Positions 38,229 through 47,313 of a stretch of DNA of 64,000 nucleotides are shown here, in pieces. Both the position numbers and the translations under genes were made by a program. Location: the NCBI GenBank assembly GCA_040390045.1, contig JAZJZC010000002.1, positions 101,113 through 165,112 of the forward strand. The letters are read 5' to 3'. Position 1 is the stretch's first letter, and each line of letters opens with the position of its first letter. This stretch comes from Patescibacteria group bacterium. Its GTDB lineage: Bacteria; Patescibacteriota; Minisyncoccia; Phycocordibacterales; SIBU01. Below the pieces are notes generated by a model, which had not been told where the DNA came from, made no database searches, and was given only the letters and a program-made list of their open reading frames with translations.

Positions 38229-38513
38229 TCATGCTGAAAGTTGTCGTTCAAGTTCTGCAATAAGAAGCCGACTGTCTTCGCCCAGGTCCGGTGAGTAGAC
38301 TTCGACATCCAACCCAGTTTGGGAAGGTGTGGTGGCAGATTCAGCAGGATGTTCCAGCGAGGTTTTGAGAGCCCAAAAGCTGATGTTTCCCCTTACCCAA
38401 TTCCTCACTGCGTTCGGGTTGGATTTTATGTCCTGTTTTAGTTTTTCCTTACTCTCGGCTCGTGAATTGCCGAGGATTCGGGTGGCGGTCAACTCGATGG
38501 CTTTTGTGGTCAT
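38229..38513 (-). CDS. Hypothetical protein
   Basis: 94-aa ORF with upstream TTGACA on the minus strand and downstream hairpin. Confidence 0.55.
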   Translation of the reverse strand: MTTKAIELTATRILGNSRAESKEKLKQDIKSNPNAVRNWVRGNISFWALKTSLEHPAESATTPSQTGLDVEVYSPDLGEDSRLLIAELERQLSA

Positions 38514-38621
38514 TTCTTTGTTATTTCCAAGGTTTTTCTAAAGCCGATACTAAGCTTTTCCCTACATTTGTCAATTTTAAGTCTTTCTGCTAGACTGCTC
38601 CTATCCGTAATTCACATCTAT

Positions 38622-38852
38622 ATGAAAAAAGACACCCACCCACAATATTTTGCAAAAGCTACTGTTACCTGCGCCTGCGGTAACGTTTTTCACATTGGCT
38701 CTACTAAAGAGAAGATTGATGTTGAAATCTGCAGTGCTTGCCACCCTTTTTATACTGGAAACGATAAGGTTATCGATACCGCCGGTCGCGTTGAACGATT
38801 CAAATCTCGCGCCGCTAAAGTTGCAACAAAGGTTAGCAAAAAGACGAAGTAG
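38622..38852 (+). CDS. rpmE: 50S ribosomal protein L31 (Zn-binding type)
   Basis: [31 protein letters not shown]. Confidence 0.96.
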   Translation: MKKDTHPQYFAKATVTCACGNVFHIGSTKEKIDVEICSACHPFYTGNDKVIDTAGRVERFKSRAAKVATKVSKKTK

Positions 38853-38862
38853 CTTCTCCGGC

Positions 38863-38962
38863 TATACGAAAGGGGTACGAAAATACGAAAAAATACGAAA
38901 GCTTTTTTGGTACCATCACGGTTTTCGTATAGTTTCGTATTTTCGTAATTTACTTTCGTATA
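38863..38962. repeat. TACGAA/TTCGTA inverted-repeat element, copy 4
   Basis: TATACGAAAG 38863-38872 pairs with CTTTCGTATA 38953-38962, which includes the A of the prfA ATG. Confidence 0.9.
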
Positions 38963-39921
38963 TGGATTTAGAACCCTATAAAAAAAATCAAAAGACTAGC
39001 TATCTGGCAGAACGGTATGAAGCTCTCGTTAAGGAAGAACAAGAGCTTTTAAAAATGGCTGAAAAAGACCCTGGGTTAAAAGAATTGACCGAAGAAGAAC
39101 TTTCGGCTATTCGTGCTGAACAAAAAATTCTGGCCGATCAAATGCAGAAAAATCTGGCTGAAGATGAGGTCGAGGAGGAATTTCCAAGAGAAGCCATTCT
39201 TGAAGTTCGAGCTGGGGCTGGTGGGGAGGAAGCCGCACTTTTTGCCGAAGAGCTTGCCATCATGTACAAAAAGTACGCCGAGACCGTTGGTTGGTCTTGG
39301 AAAACGGTTTCTCAATCGGAAAGTTCTCTTGGTGGTTACAAAGAAGCCACATTTGAAATTTCTGGAGATGATGTGTATAAAAAATTACGTTTTGAAACCG
39401 GAGTTCATCGAATTCAGCGGGTTCCAGCTACGGAAAAAATTGGCCGCGTGCATACCTCAACCGCTTCGGTGGCGGTTCTCCCAATTCGTAAAAAAGTTTC
39501 ATTTGAGATCAACCCGGTTGATTTGGAAATGGAATTTTCGCGTTCAGGTGGAGCCGGCGGACAAAATGTTAACAAGGTGGAAACAGCAGTGCGCCTCATT
39601 CACAAGCCTACCGGACTTGATGTGCGTTCAACGTCCGAAAGAAGTCAGGTGAAAAACCGAGAAAAGGCTTTGGCGATTTTGTCGGCCAAAATTTTGGCGC
39701 TGAAAGAGGAGGAGGAAGCCAAAAAATACGCCGGTGTGCGTAAAAATCAAATCGGTACCGGCGATCGTTCCGAAAAAATCAGAACCTACAACGTTTTACA
39801 GGATCGCGTAACCGATCACCGAATTAAAGAATCATGGCACAATATTGCCGGAATTTTCGAGGGAAATATTGGTGCGATTATCGAAGCTCTTTCCGCAGAG
39901 GCAGAAAAAAACTCAAATTAA
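38962..39921 (+). CDS. prfA: Peptide chain release factor 1
   Basis: PxT motif (QRVPATE), [19 protein letters not shown]; follows rpmE. Confidence 0.93.
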   Translation: MDLEPYKKNQKTSYLAERYEALVKEEQELLKMAEKDPGLKELTEEELSAIRAEQKILADQMQKNLAEDEVEEEFPREAILEVRAGAGGEEAALFAEELAIMYKKYAETVGWSWKTVSQSESSLGGYKEATFEISGDDVYKKLRFETGVHRIQRVPATEKIGRVHTSTASVAVLPIRKKVSFEINPVDLEMEFSRSGGAGGQNVNKVETAVRLIHKPTGLDVRSTSERSQVKNREKALAILSAKILALKEEEEAKKYAGVRKNQIGTGDRSEKIRTYNVLQDRVTDHRIKESWHNIAGIFEGNIGAIIEALSAEAEKNSN

Positions 39922-40048
39922 AATATTATTCGCCATAAGGCGTGCCCACTCCTCGTAGGACTCGGAGTCCTCGATTTTGCAACCACAGAATACTGTGGGC
40001 AAAATTGGGATTTGCATCAGGAATAATTATCTGCTATATTCATGTCTC

Positions 40049-40780
40049 ATGACAACGTCAAAAACCCAATCACATAGCACCGAAACTATCGATTCAATGT
40101 TTAAGGCCGGAGCCCACTACGCTTTTTCTCGTTCTCGACGACACCCAACTTTGGCACCATTTATTTTCGGTGTTAAGAATCATGTTGAAATTTTCGACTT
40201 GGAAAAGACCAATGAACTCCTTGAAAAGGCCAAAGATTTTGTAAGAACACTCGCAACCGAAGGCAAGCAGATTTTGCTCGTCGGCGGTAAAAGTGAGGCC
40301 CGCGATGCTATCAAGCGAGCGGCAGCTGAACTCGACATGCCATACGTTGTTGACCGCTGGCTCGGAGGTACACTCTCAAACTTTAAAGAAATTCGATCCC
40401 GCGTCGAGAAGCTTCTTGATTTGACCGCTAAACGCGAGAAAGGAGAACTTTCCAAATATACAAAAAAAGAACGACTTTTGATTGATCGCGAAATCGAGAA
40501 GCTCGAGCGATTTTTCTCAGGTCTTGTCCCAATGAAAGAATTGCCAAAAGCTCTTTTTGTCATTGACTCAAAACACGAACACATCGCAGTGACCGAAGCC
40601 AGAAAAGCTGGTATTCCTGTAATCGCTCTTATGGGTTCGGACTGCAATATTAAAACTGTTGATTATGCTATTCCAGGAAACGACGCTTCAATCGCTAGTG
40701 TGGCCTTTTTTGTGGATCAGATCGTGTGGGCATACAAGGAGGGTAGAAATGAAAAGCTAAAGAAGGCACAAAACGCGTAA
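40049..40780 (+). CDS. rpsB: 30S ribosomal protein S2
   Basis: AGAHY, IFDLEKT, RWLGGTLSNF, IPGND. Confidence 0.96.
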   Translation: MTTSKTQSHSTETIDSMFKAGAHYAFSRSRRHPTLAPFIFGVKNHVEIFDLEKTNELLEKAKDFVRTLATEGKQILLVGGKSEARDAIKRAAAELDMPYVVDRWLGGTLSNFKEIRSRVEKLLDLTAKREKGELSKYTKKERLLIDREIEKLERFFSGLVPMKELPKALFVIDSKHEHIAVTEARKAGIPVIALMGSDCNIKTVDYAIPGNDASIASVAFFVDQIVWAYKEGRNEKLKKAQNA

Positions 40781-40842
40781 CACGTAGCATGGAGCATAAG
40801 ACAGGGACACTATGTTCCATGTTGTGTGCTCCATGTTCCATG
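40766..40842. repeat. CATGGAG heptamer inverted-repeat element at the rpsB-tsf junction
   Basis: ACGCGTA ACACGTA GCATGGA GCATAAG ... TATGTTC CATGTTG TGTGCTC CATGTTC CATG. Confidence 0.85.
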
Positions 40843-40848
40843 AACACC

Positions 40849-41436
40849 ATGATTACAACAGAACAAATTAAAGAACTTCGCGACTCAACTGGGATTTCAG
40901 TGATGCAATGCAAGAAAGCTTTGGAAGAAGCTCAGGGTGACATGGAAAAGGCACTTGTGATTTTGAGGAAGAAAGGCGCAGATATTGCTAACAAAAAATC
41001 AGATAGAACCTTAGGAGCGGGGATTATCGCTTCATATGTTCACAGTAATGGCCTTGTAGGATCCATCGTTGAACTTTCCTGTGAGACCGATTTCGTTGCC
41101 AAAAATCAGGAATTTAAAACCTTGGCGTATGATTTGGCGATGCATGTTGCCGCCAGCAATCCTACCTATCTCAAACCTCAGGATATTACTGAAGAGGCGA
41201 AAGCAAAGGCTCGAGAAGTTTTTGCTAAAGAAATTGTTGGAAAGCCTGCGGCTATGCAAGAAAAAATTATGGAAGGTAAGCTTCAGTCATACTTTGGCGA
41301 AGCCACACTCCTTGATCAGTCATTTATTAAAAATCCAGATTTGACTGTTCAAGGGTTGATTCAATCAGCCATACAAAAATTCGGTGAAAAAATAGAAGTG
41401 AGCCGATTCGTTAGATTTGGGGTTTTGGAAAAATAA
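40849..41436 (+). CDS. tsf: Elongation factor Ts (short form)
   Basis: IKELRDSTG...CKKAL, CETDFVAK, MHVAA; follows rpsB. Confidence 0.96.
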   Translation: MITTEQIKELRDSTGISVMQCKKALEEAQGDMEKALVILRKKGADIANKKSDRTLGAGIIASYVHSNGLVGSIVELSCETDFVAKNQEFKTLAYDLAMHVAASNPTYLKPQDITEEAKAKAREVFAKEIVGKPAAMQEKIMEGKLQSYFGEATLLDQSFIKNPDLTVQGLIQSAIQKFGEKIEVSRFVRFGVLEK

Positions 41437-41452
41437 CCAGCTCTTAAAATGT

Positions 41453-41854
41453 ATGTATATTCTCGATCTCAGTGTGATAATTGTTTCTACGATCGGGGGT
41501 CTGTCTCTTTTTTTGGTTAAGTTTTTTGAAATAAAATCTGGCCAGCCGGGGGTTTTGACTCGCGTAAGCCTTTTTGCTGATCCAACATTTTCGGCATTTG
41601 GCAGTAAGCTCAGAAGGTTTTGGTTGGAGTTGGAAAATTTTCCGTTCAGAAAAGTGCTACACCAGTTTATTCAGGGAGTTTTCCATCTTTTCGGAGTCAC
41701 GGGTTTGTTTATTGCGAAGTACCACAAGCAGTTTATAAACAGTAAGAGACAGATCAATGAAAAAGGGGTAGTTTCCTTTTTTCTTAAAGATGTGGCAGAA
41801 TCGAGAGAGAGTAAGACAGATCACGGAACACAGAACACAGATCATAAAATGTAA
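41453..41854 (+). CDS. Hypothetical membrane protein
   Basis: N-terminal TM helix; 'VSFFLKDV'; C-terminus encoded by a repeat arm. Confidence 0.65.
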   Translation: MYILDLSVIIVSTIGGLSLFLVKFFEIKSGQPGVLTRVSLFADPTFSAFGSKLRRFWLELENFPFRKVLHQFIQGVFHLFGVTGLFIAKYHKQFINSKRQINEKGVVSFFLKDVAESRESKTDHGTQNTDHKM

Positions 41855-41893
41855 GAGAGAAAAATGTTTCGTGGTCCGTGTTCTGTGGTCTGT
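41816..41893. repeat. ACAGAAC heptamer inverted-repeat element just before tRNA-Thr
   Basis: ACAGATC ACGGAAC ACAGAAC ACAGATC ... GTTTCGT GGTCCGT GTTCTGT GGTCTGT. Confidence 0.85.
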
Positions 41894-41906
41894 AACGTGA
41901 AAGAAT

Positions 41907-41982
41907 GCCACCCTAGCTCAGTTGGTAGAGCGCCACTTTTGTAAAGTGGATGTCGTCAGTTCGAATCTGACGGGTGGCTCCA
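41907..41982 (+). tRNA. tRNA-Thr(TGT)
   Basis: Acceptor GCCACCC/GGGTGGC, anticodon arm CCACT-TTTGTAA-AGTGG, TTCGAAT loop, encoded CCA. Confidence 0.96.
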
Positions 41983-42029
41983 CTAAATTAAATCTGTAAC
42001 TTTTTTCTATCTGTTGAGTTCTAACTTGT

Positions 42030-42401
42030 ATGCAAACTCAAAATATAAGTTTAGTTAGGAGGAAAGCTTTTATACATGCGGGCATAGCGGCGTCATATGT
42101 GATGTTAGTGGTTTTATTTTTGTTTTACGTTCCGGAGTTTTTCCAGCCAACATTTAGTCTTCTTATTCCCATTTGCATGCTGATGCTTTTTGTTCTCTCA
42201 GCTGCCGTTATGGGTATTTTGGTTTTTGGGCAGCCAATCTTGTGGTATCTCGATGGCAAAAAACAAGAAGCTATTTCTTTGCTTATGTATACACTCGGCA
42301 TCTTTTTCTGTATTTGGGTTGTGGTGCTCGGTGTAATTGGCATCTATTCCACCCAAGTTAAGCCCTCTGGAGATTCAGAGAATTCTATAGGGTTTGAGTA
42401 G
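42030..42401 (+). CDS. Hypothetical three-TM membrane protein
   Basis: Hydrophobic ORF; LFVLSAAVMG.LVFG.P..YLDGKK.EA. Confidence 0.75.
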   Translation: MQTQNISLVRRKAFIHAGIAASYVMLVVLFLFYVPEFFQPTFSLLIPICMLMLFVLSAAVMGILVFGQPILWYLDGKKQEAISLLMYTLGIFFCIWVVVLGVIGIYSTQVKPSGDSENSIGFE

Positions 42402-43029
42402 TTGAACTAGCCTCGCGAAGTTCTGGTAAAAGTTTCTTAATCTCTTCAATAGTTTGGAACCCAGTGTACGGTTTATTTTTTATGACGATCGCCGGCAGTT
42501 TCTTGCCGATGCCGTAGACTGAGGCTAGAGTCTTAAGAGCAGAAACGTCCAGGTTGTAATCAAAAGAATATACGCGGAGCTCAGGGTAGTGTTCTCTGAG
42601 ATAGGTAAGAACGTAGCCTTCTCTGTCACAGTCGGGACAATCACTTTCATAAAAATATAAAATTGGAATAGGTTTTTCTTCACAATCTTTTAATTTTTTC
42701 GTGAGGATATAATCTTTGATTTCCAGTATCGAGTAATATTTTTTAAGATCAAGCACCTCGCTATTGTCCACGCCAAATTTTTCTTGACTGTAATTAATTT
42801 TTTCACCAAGATCATCCATCTCTTTTGAAAGGGTGGAATTTTTAATATCCGGGCAGGAAATTTCACCAAGCAAAGCAAATTGGGTTTCAGAGGAGAGGAT
42901 GTCGATAGAAATTTTGTTTCCCGCGTCCTTAAGTTCCTGAATTTTTCTATCACTGAAAAAATTGCCGATATACAGAGCGGTGACAAAGATAAGAGCGGTT
43001 ATGAGGAATGCGTATAAATATTTTTTCAT
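42385..43029 (-). CDS. Membrane-anchored thioredoxin-fold protein
   Basis: ILYFYESDCPDC, RVYSFD, LPAIVI. Confidence 0.7.
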   Translation of the reverse strand: MKKYLYAFLITALIFVTALYIGNFFSDRKIQELKDAGNKISIDILSSETQFALLGEISCPDIKNSTLSKEMDDLGEKINYSQEKFGVDNSEVLDLKKYYSILEIKDYILTKKLKDCEEKPIPILYFYESDCPDCDREGYVLTYLREHYPELRVYSFDYNLDVSALKTLASVYGIGKKLPAIVIKNKPYTGFQTIEEIKKLLPELREASSTTQTL

Positions 43030-43053
43030 ATTGATTATAATTTTAGCTTTTTT

Positions 43054-43081
43054 CGAATTTCGGATTTGAGATTTCGTGCTT
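43054..43081 (-). repeat. Solo AAGCACG/AAATTCG heptamer arm after GT2 stop
   Basis: Minus strand: AAGCACG AAATCTC AAATCCG AAATTCG; same family as 33567. Confidence 0.75.
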
Positions 43082-43096
43082 ACACGTTTCGTGTTG

Positions 43097-44338
43097 TTAT
43101 CTCCAACTTGTATTTTTAGATAAAACTACGAGATAAATAGCTTTTGATAGCCATGCGATAGAAAAAATGCCGTATACCAAAGGAAAATATAAAGTATGAA
43201 AAGAGAAATGGTTGTTTTTAGTATCTGAGATTTGTTTACCGAGCGTGACGAGAAGGATGGTTGAGAGGAAGAGTAGTAGCCCCAGAAACATTTTTGAATC
43301 AGTATTGATGAAAAACCAATCAAAATGAAAGCCGTTCCAGACCCAATTAAAACCAATGGTTTTAATTTCTGTATATTTATCAGCAACCATTCTCAGGATA
43401 TTTATTGATACCATGCCAACGGAGACCATGAAAAGCACGATACCAACGACCGACATCGGAAGCATAAAAAGTCCCAAGTGTTTGTGTTTTGGATTGAAAA
43501 ACATCGAACGATAATCGATTGAGTTGGCAAGAAAACCGCTCACCCAGCGAACTCGTTGGCGGTAGAGTTTAGCGAAAGACCCTGGTCCAACCGTGTAGAC
43601 GACAGCGTCGTGCGCGTTGCCGATACGATAACCATTTTTCTGCATGCGCATAGCAATCTCCAAGTCTTCGGTATTGTGAGCTTCGTGGAATAATCCAAGA
43701 TTATCAAAAACTGTTTTTCGAAAAATAGAAAAGGGCCCGGGAGTCACGGTGATTGCATCGAGCATGCTGAAAGATTTTTTCATAAAAATACCCAGGTTGT
43801 ATTCGTTGCTTTGAACATGGCGGATCATTCGGTCAGGCTCGAAAATTTTAATGGCCGGTGTTACTGCCATGATTTTTTGATTTTCAAAATGGGGAATAAT
43901 TTTCGTCAGCGTATCTGGTGGGACAAATGAATCGGCGTCGAGACATCCGACAAGCTCGGTTTCCGTTTTACGGATGGCGGCATTAAGCGCGGTATATTTC
44001 CCTCCATTTTTTTTATTGATGACCTCGATCCGTTTGTTCCATCGGAAAGTTTTCAATACACCGGCTGTGTCATCGGTTGAACCGTCATTAACTGCAATAA
44101 TTTTCAATTTGTCTTTCGGGTAGTCTAATTTTAACAGTGAGTAGATTGTTTTACTGATGGTTTTTTCTTCGTTGAATGCAGGCACAATGATAGTAACTGA
44201 TGGAAGAATCGACGATAACTTGATTTTCTCACCGCCTTTTTCAGTGCGGTTTTCCAAAAAGCTGATCAGCAAAAAAACTTCAAAGTACAATGACGTGAAA
44301 AAAGAAATATAGAGAATGATGTTAGAAATTTGACTCAT
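43097..44338 (-). CDS. Processive GT2 glycosyltransferase (PgaC/IcaA/cellulose synthase-like)
   Basis: VPAFNEE, NDGSTD, GGK..ALN, DAD, TED, QRVRW; several TMs. Confidence 0.9.
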   Translation of the reverse strand: MSQISNIILYISFFTSLYFEVFLLISFLENRTEKGGEKIKLSSILPSVTIIVPAFNEEKTISKTIYSLLKLDYPKDKLKIIAVNDGSTDDTAGVLKTFRWNKRIEVINKKNGGKYTALNAAIRKTETELVGCLDADSFVPPDTLTKIIPHFENQKIMAVTPAIKIFEPDRMIRHVQSNEYNLGIFMKKSFSMLDAITVTPGPFSIFRKTVFDNLGLFHEAHNTEDLEIAMRMQKNGYRIGNAHDAVVYTVGPGSFAKLYRQRVRWVSGFLANSIDYRSMFFNPKHKHLGLFMLPMSVVGIVLFMVSVGMVSINILRMVADKYTEIKTIGFNWVWNGFHFDWFFINTDSKMFLGLLLFLSTILLVTLGKQISDTKNNHFSFHTLYFPLVYGIFSIAWLSKAIYLVVLSKNTSWR

Positions 44339-44472
44339 TGTAAGGGTTTGGCCCCTGTGTTTTCCTAGTCTACTGCATCGCAAGCTCTAACTCAAGGTAG
44401 GTAGGGCGCTTTCGCACACGCTATGCATGGGTTGCGCTTGGGTTGTGTGGTTTCAAAATTAGACTCAAAAGC

Positions 44473-44512
44473 AACACACTAATTCATTGCTATAGCAATG
44501 AATTAGTGTGTT
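44473..44512. repeat. Perfect 40-bp palindrome in divergent promoter region
   Basis: AACACACTAATTCATTGCTA|TAGCAATGAATTAGTGTGTT. Confidence 0.9.
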
Positions 44513-44573
44513 TGAAGTTTTCAAGGATTCTTAATGTTTGGGCGTATTTCTCCTTTTTCTTCTTTACTATATA

Positions 44574-45380
44574 ATGACTGCTATGCAGGACAAGGAACAG
44601 GTTGCACAAGGACATATTCACCCGATTTCACGGGCGATTTTTGATATTCGAACAATCTTTGCCGAACTGGGTTTTGCTGTTGCGGTGGGACCTGAAATGG
44701 AGGATGAGTGGCACAATTTTGACGCGCTTAATATTCCTAAAGATCATCCGGCACGCGATATGCAGGACACCTTCTGGCTCAAGAATGCGGAACAGACGCA
44801 GAACAACGCAGAACGAACGCCGAAGAATACCCACGAAAATTTTCCGCATCAGTCCGCGTCCATTCCGCGCAGTTCTGCACTTCTGCGTACTCATACAAGT
44901 CCGGTACAAATAAGATATATGGAAAAAAAACTCGAAGCTGGCATACAGCCGCCATATCGAATTATCGTGCCAGGAAAAGTTTTTAGAAATGAAGCCACGG
45001 ACGCTACTCACGAAGCGCAATTTTTTCAGGTTGAGGGGTTGTATGTTGATAAAAATGTTTCTATGGCTCACTTGAAAGGTGTTCTTGAGTTTTTCTTTAA
45101 AAAGTTTTTCGGCAACGATGTAGTCATTCGATTTCGTCCAAGTTTTTTTGCGTTCACCGAGCCGTCGGTGGAAGTTGATATGAAATTTAAGGGCAAATGG
45201 CTTGAAATGATGGGAGCAGGGCTCGTGCATCCAAACGTTTTAAAGGCCGCAGGCGTGCCGGAAGGCTTTAGTGGGTTTGCTTTCGGCGGAGGCATTGATC
45301 GAATGGTGATGGTGAAGTACGGCATCACCGATATTCGATTACTGTATTCCGGAGATTTGCGCTTAGTTAATCAGTTCTAA
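44574..45380 (+). CDS. pheS: Phenylalanyl-tRNA synthetase alpha subunit (no N-terminal coiled coil; internal insert)
   Basis: GHIHP, NFDALNIPKDHPARDMQDTF, LLRTHTSPVQIR, DATH..QF.QVEG, FRPSFF.FTEPS, GFAFG. Confidence 0.96.
   Translation: MTAMQDKEQVAQGHIHPISRAIFDIRTIFAELGFAVAVGPEMEDEWHNFDALNIPKDHPARDMQDTFWLKNAEQTQNNAERTPKNTHENFPHQSASIPRSSALLRTHTSPVQIRYMEKKLEAGIQPPYRIIVPGKVFRNEATDATHEAQFFQVEGLYVDKNVSMAHLKGVLEFFFKKFFGNDVVIRFRPSFFAFTEPSVEVDMKFKGKWLEMMGAGLVHPNVLKAAGVPEGFSGFAFGGGIDRMVMVKYGITDIRLLYSGDLRLVNQF
44784..44888. repeat. In-frame ACGCAGAA/TTCTGCGT inverted-repeat insert in pheS
   Basis: ATGCGGAA, ACGCAGAA x2, ACGCCGAA ... TTCCGCAT, TCCGCGT, TTCCGCG, TTCTGCA, TTCTGCGT. Confidence 0.8.
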
Positions 45381-45384
45381 AATA

Positions 45385-45418
45385 GATTTAAGATTTAGGA
45401 TTAAAGATTTAAGAATAA
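45385..45418 (+). repeat. Solo GATTTAA heptamer arm between pheS and pheT
   Basis: GATTTAA GATTTAG GATTAAA GATTTAA GAAT. Confidence 0.8.
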
Positions 45419-45427
45419 GAAAAAATA

Positions 45428-47302
45428 ATGCTTATATCCTACAACTGGCTACAATCATATTTTGACGAAACACTTCCTGAACCGGAAAAGCTAGGGGAAC
45501 TTTTGACGTTCGCCTCTTTTGAGTTGGAAGGAATTGAAAAAAAGGGCAGTGACACAATTCTTGATTTAAAAGTTTTACCTGACCGCGCTTGTTATGCACT
45601 TTCGCATCGCGGAATGGGATACGAAGTTGCAGCCATTACCGGCTTGGCTAAGAAAAAACAGGAACAGATTTTACCGCCAGTAGGAAAAACTCGACCATTC
45701 AATGTGCGCGTGGAAGACTCTGATTTGTGTGCGCGATATATGGCCCGAGTAATTGAAAATGTTACCCAAAGAGAATTGCCGGTGGTGAAAGAGAGATTGC
45801 AGAGTGTTGGCCAGCGCTCGATCAACCCAGTTGTTGATAGTGCCAATTTTGTGATGCTTGATCGAGGTCAACCGCTCCATGCGTTTGACGCGGATAAAGT
45901 GAAGGGGGATATTGTAGTGCGTAGAGCAAAAACAGGGGAAAAAATAATTACACTTGATAATCGCGAGGTCGACTTGGATGAAACTATTTTGATTATTGCA
46001 GATGAAGAAGCGCCACTTGCGATCGCGGGAATTAAGGGTGGGAAAAGAGCTGAGGTTACGTCGAGCACAAAAAATTTAATTCTCGAGTCGGCCAGTTTCA
46101 ATGCGTCATATATTCGTAAAACCTCGGACAAGCTCGGCATTAGAACTGACGCATCAAAGCGATACGAAAATAAATTTTCAGCGGATATGACGAGTAAAGG
46201 AATGAATGATTTTAGCGCGCTCTTGTTTGAAATGGATTCACAAATTTTGGCCGGTGAAGTAATCGATATCTATTCCAATGTTCTGCAGAACATTGGAATA
46301 GATATAACAGCAGAGTATATTTCAAATAGGTTAGGGTTGGATTTACCAGAAGAGGTAATTGTCGATGTTCTCAGATGTCTAAAAATTGAAGTTAAAAAAA
46401 GAGGGAAGGAGTTAATACTCACGCCACCAATCTTTCGCGCTGACCTCTTGATTCCCGAGGACATTGCAGAAGAGGTGGGAAGAATTGTCGGGTACGATAA
46501 AGTTCCGGCCACTCTTCCACCTGTCCTCAAAATGGAACTAGAAATTCCAAAGCAGTTTTACTATGAATGGAAAATTCGTGAGATTTTGGCGAACGCTGGT
46601 TTTTCGGAGGTGATGACGTCATCATTTTCATCGAGTGGGGAAATTGCGATTGAGAAACCGCTGGCAGAAGATAAAAAATTCACTCGGCCAAATTTACGAA
46701 ACAACTTTGCAATGGCGCTCAAACTCAATTTCGGCAACGCTTCACTTTTTGGTTCTGAAGAAATAAAAATTTTTGAAATAGGAAAAGTTTTTGGAAGAGG
46801 TGGCGAGCATGCCGCACTTGCTGTAGGATTTGCGGGACCAAAAAAGAAAGTCGCTTCTGAACTTTCTGCTGTCGTCGCGCTTCTTTCAGAAAAACTTGGA
46901 TGCAACCTAGAAGGGGAAACCAAAGACGGCATTTTTGAAACTAATTTGGATAAAGCCCTGAGCGATCTGCCACAGCCAAAAAGTTCGGACGTCCTAACTT
47001 TTCCTCTTTGTGACGCCATGTTTAAGCCATTTTCTGTCTATCCTTTTATTGTTCGCGATATTGCGCTCTTTGTTCCAGCCGGCACAGATTCTGAAACTAT
47101 CCACCAATTAATTTTAGGAGACGCCGGAGATTTTGTGGTTCACTCGAAACTATTCGACCGATTTGAGAAAGATGGAAAAGTTTCCTACGGCTTTCGTTTA
47201 GTGTTTCAATCTATGGGGCGGACGTTGACCGATGAAGAAATAAATAAAGTTATGGAAAAAGTGTACGAAACATTAAAAGCTAAGGGTTGGGAAATTAGAT
47301 AA
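45428..47302 (+). CDS. pheT: Phenylalanyl-tRNA synthetase beta subunit (short, no B2 domain)
   Basis: MLISYNWL, PDR...LSHRG, GQPLHAFD, RADL...DIAEEVGR..GY, C-terminal FDX-ACB (RTLTDEEI). Confidence 0.95.
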   Translation: MLISYNWLQSYFDETLPEPEKLGELLTFASFELEGIEKKGSDTILDLKVLPDRACYALSHRGMGYEVAAITGLAKKKQEQILPPVGKTRPFNVRVEDSDLCARYMARVIENVTQRELPVVKERLQSVGQRSINPVVDSANFVMLDRGQPLHAFDADKVKGDIVVRRAKTGEKIITLDNREVDLDETILIIADEEAPLAIAGIKGGKRAEVTSSTKNLILESASFNASYIRKTSDKLGIRTDASKRYENKFSADMTSKGMNDFSALLFEMDSQILAGEVIDIYSNVLQNIGIDITAEYISNRLGLDLPEEVIVDVLRCLKIEVKKRGKELILTPPIFRADLLIPEDIAEEVGRIVGYDKVPATLPPVLKMELEIPKQFYYEWKIREILANAGFSEVMTSSFSSSGEIAIEKPLAEDKKFTRPNLRNNFAMALKLNFGNASLFGSEEIKIFEIGKVFGRGGEHAALAVGFAGPKKKVASELSAVVALLSEKLGCNLEGETKDGIFETNLDKALSDLPQPKSSDVLTFPLCDAMFKPFSVYPFIVRDIALFVPAGTDSETIHQLILGDAGDFVVHSKLFDRFEKDGKVSYGFRLVFQSMGRTLTDEEINKVMEKVYETLKAKGWEIR

Positions 47303-47313
47303 TTTTTTCACTA

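Noticed and set aside
38650-38961. Extended N-terminus of prfA (likewise ligA, rpsB, tsf, thrS in the ORF track)
   Set aside because: Extensions overlap upstream genes or run through repeat elements; conserved sequence starts at later ATGs.
41983-44338. tRNA-anchored genomic island after tRNA-Thr
   Set aside because: No integrase and no duplicated tRNA 3' end seen.
44339-44470. c-di-GMP riboswitch before GT2
   Set aside because: A GAAA loop is present but I could not match the rest of the class I or II consensus.
21741-45418. CRISPR arrays
   Set aside because: Repeats are 6-10-nt units in inverted arms with no unique spacers of constant length; no cas genes.
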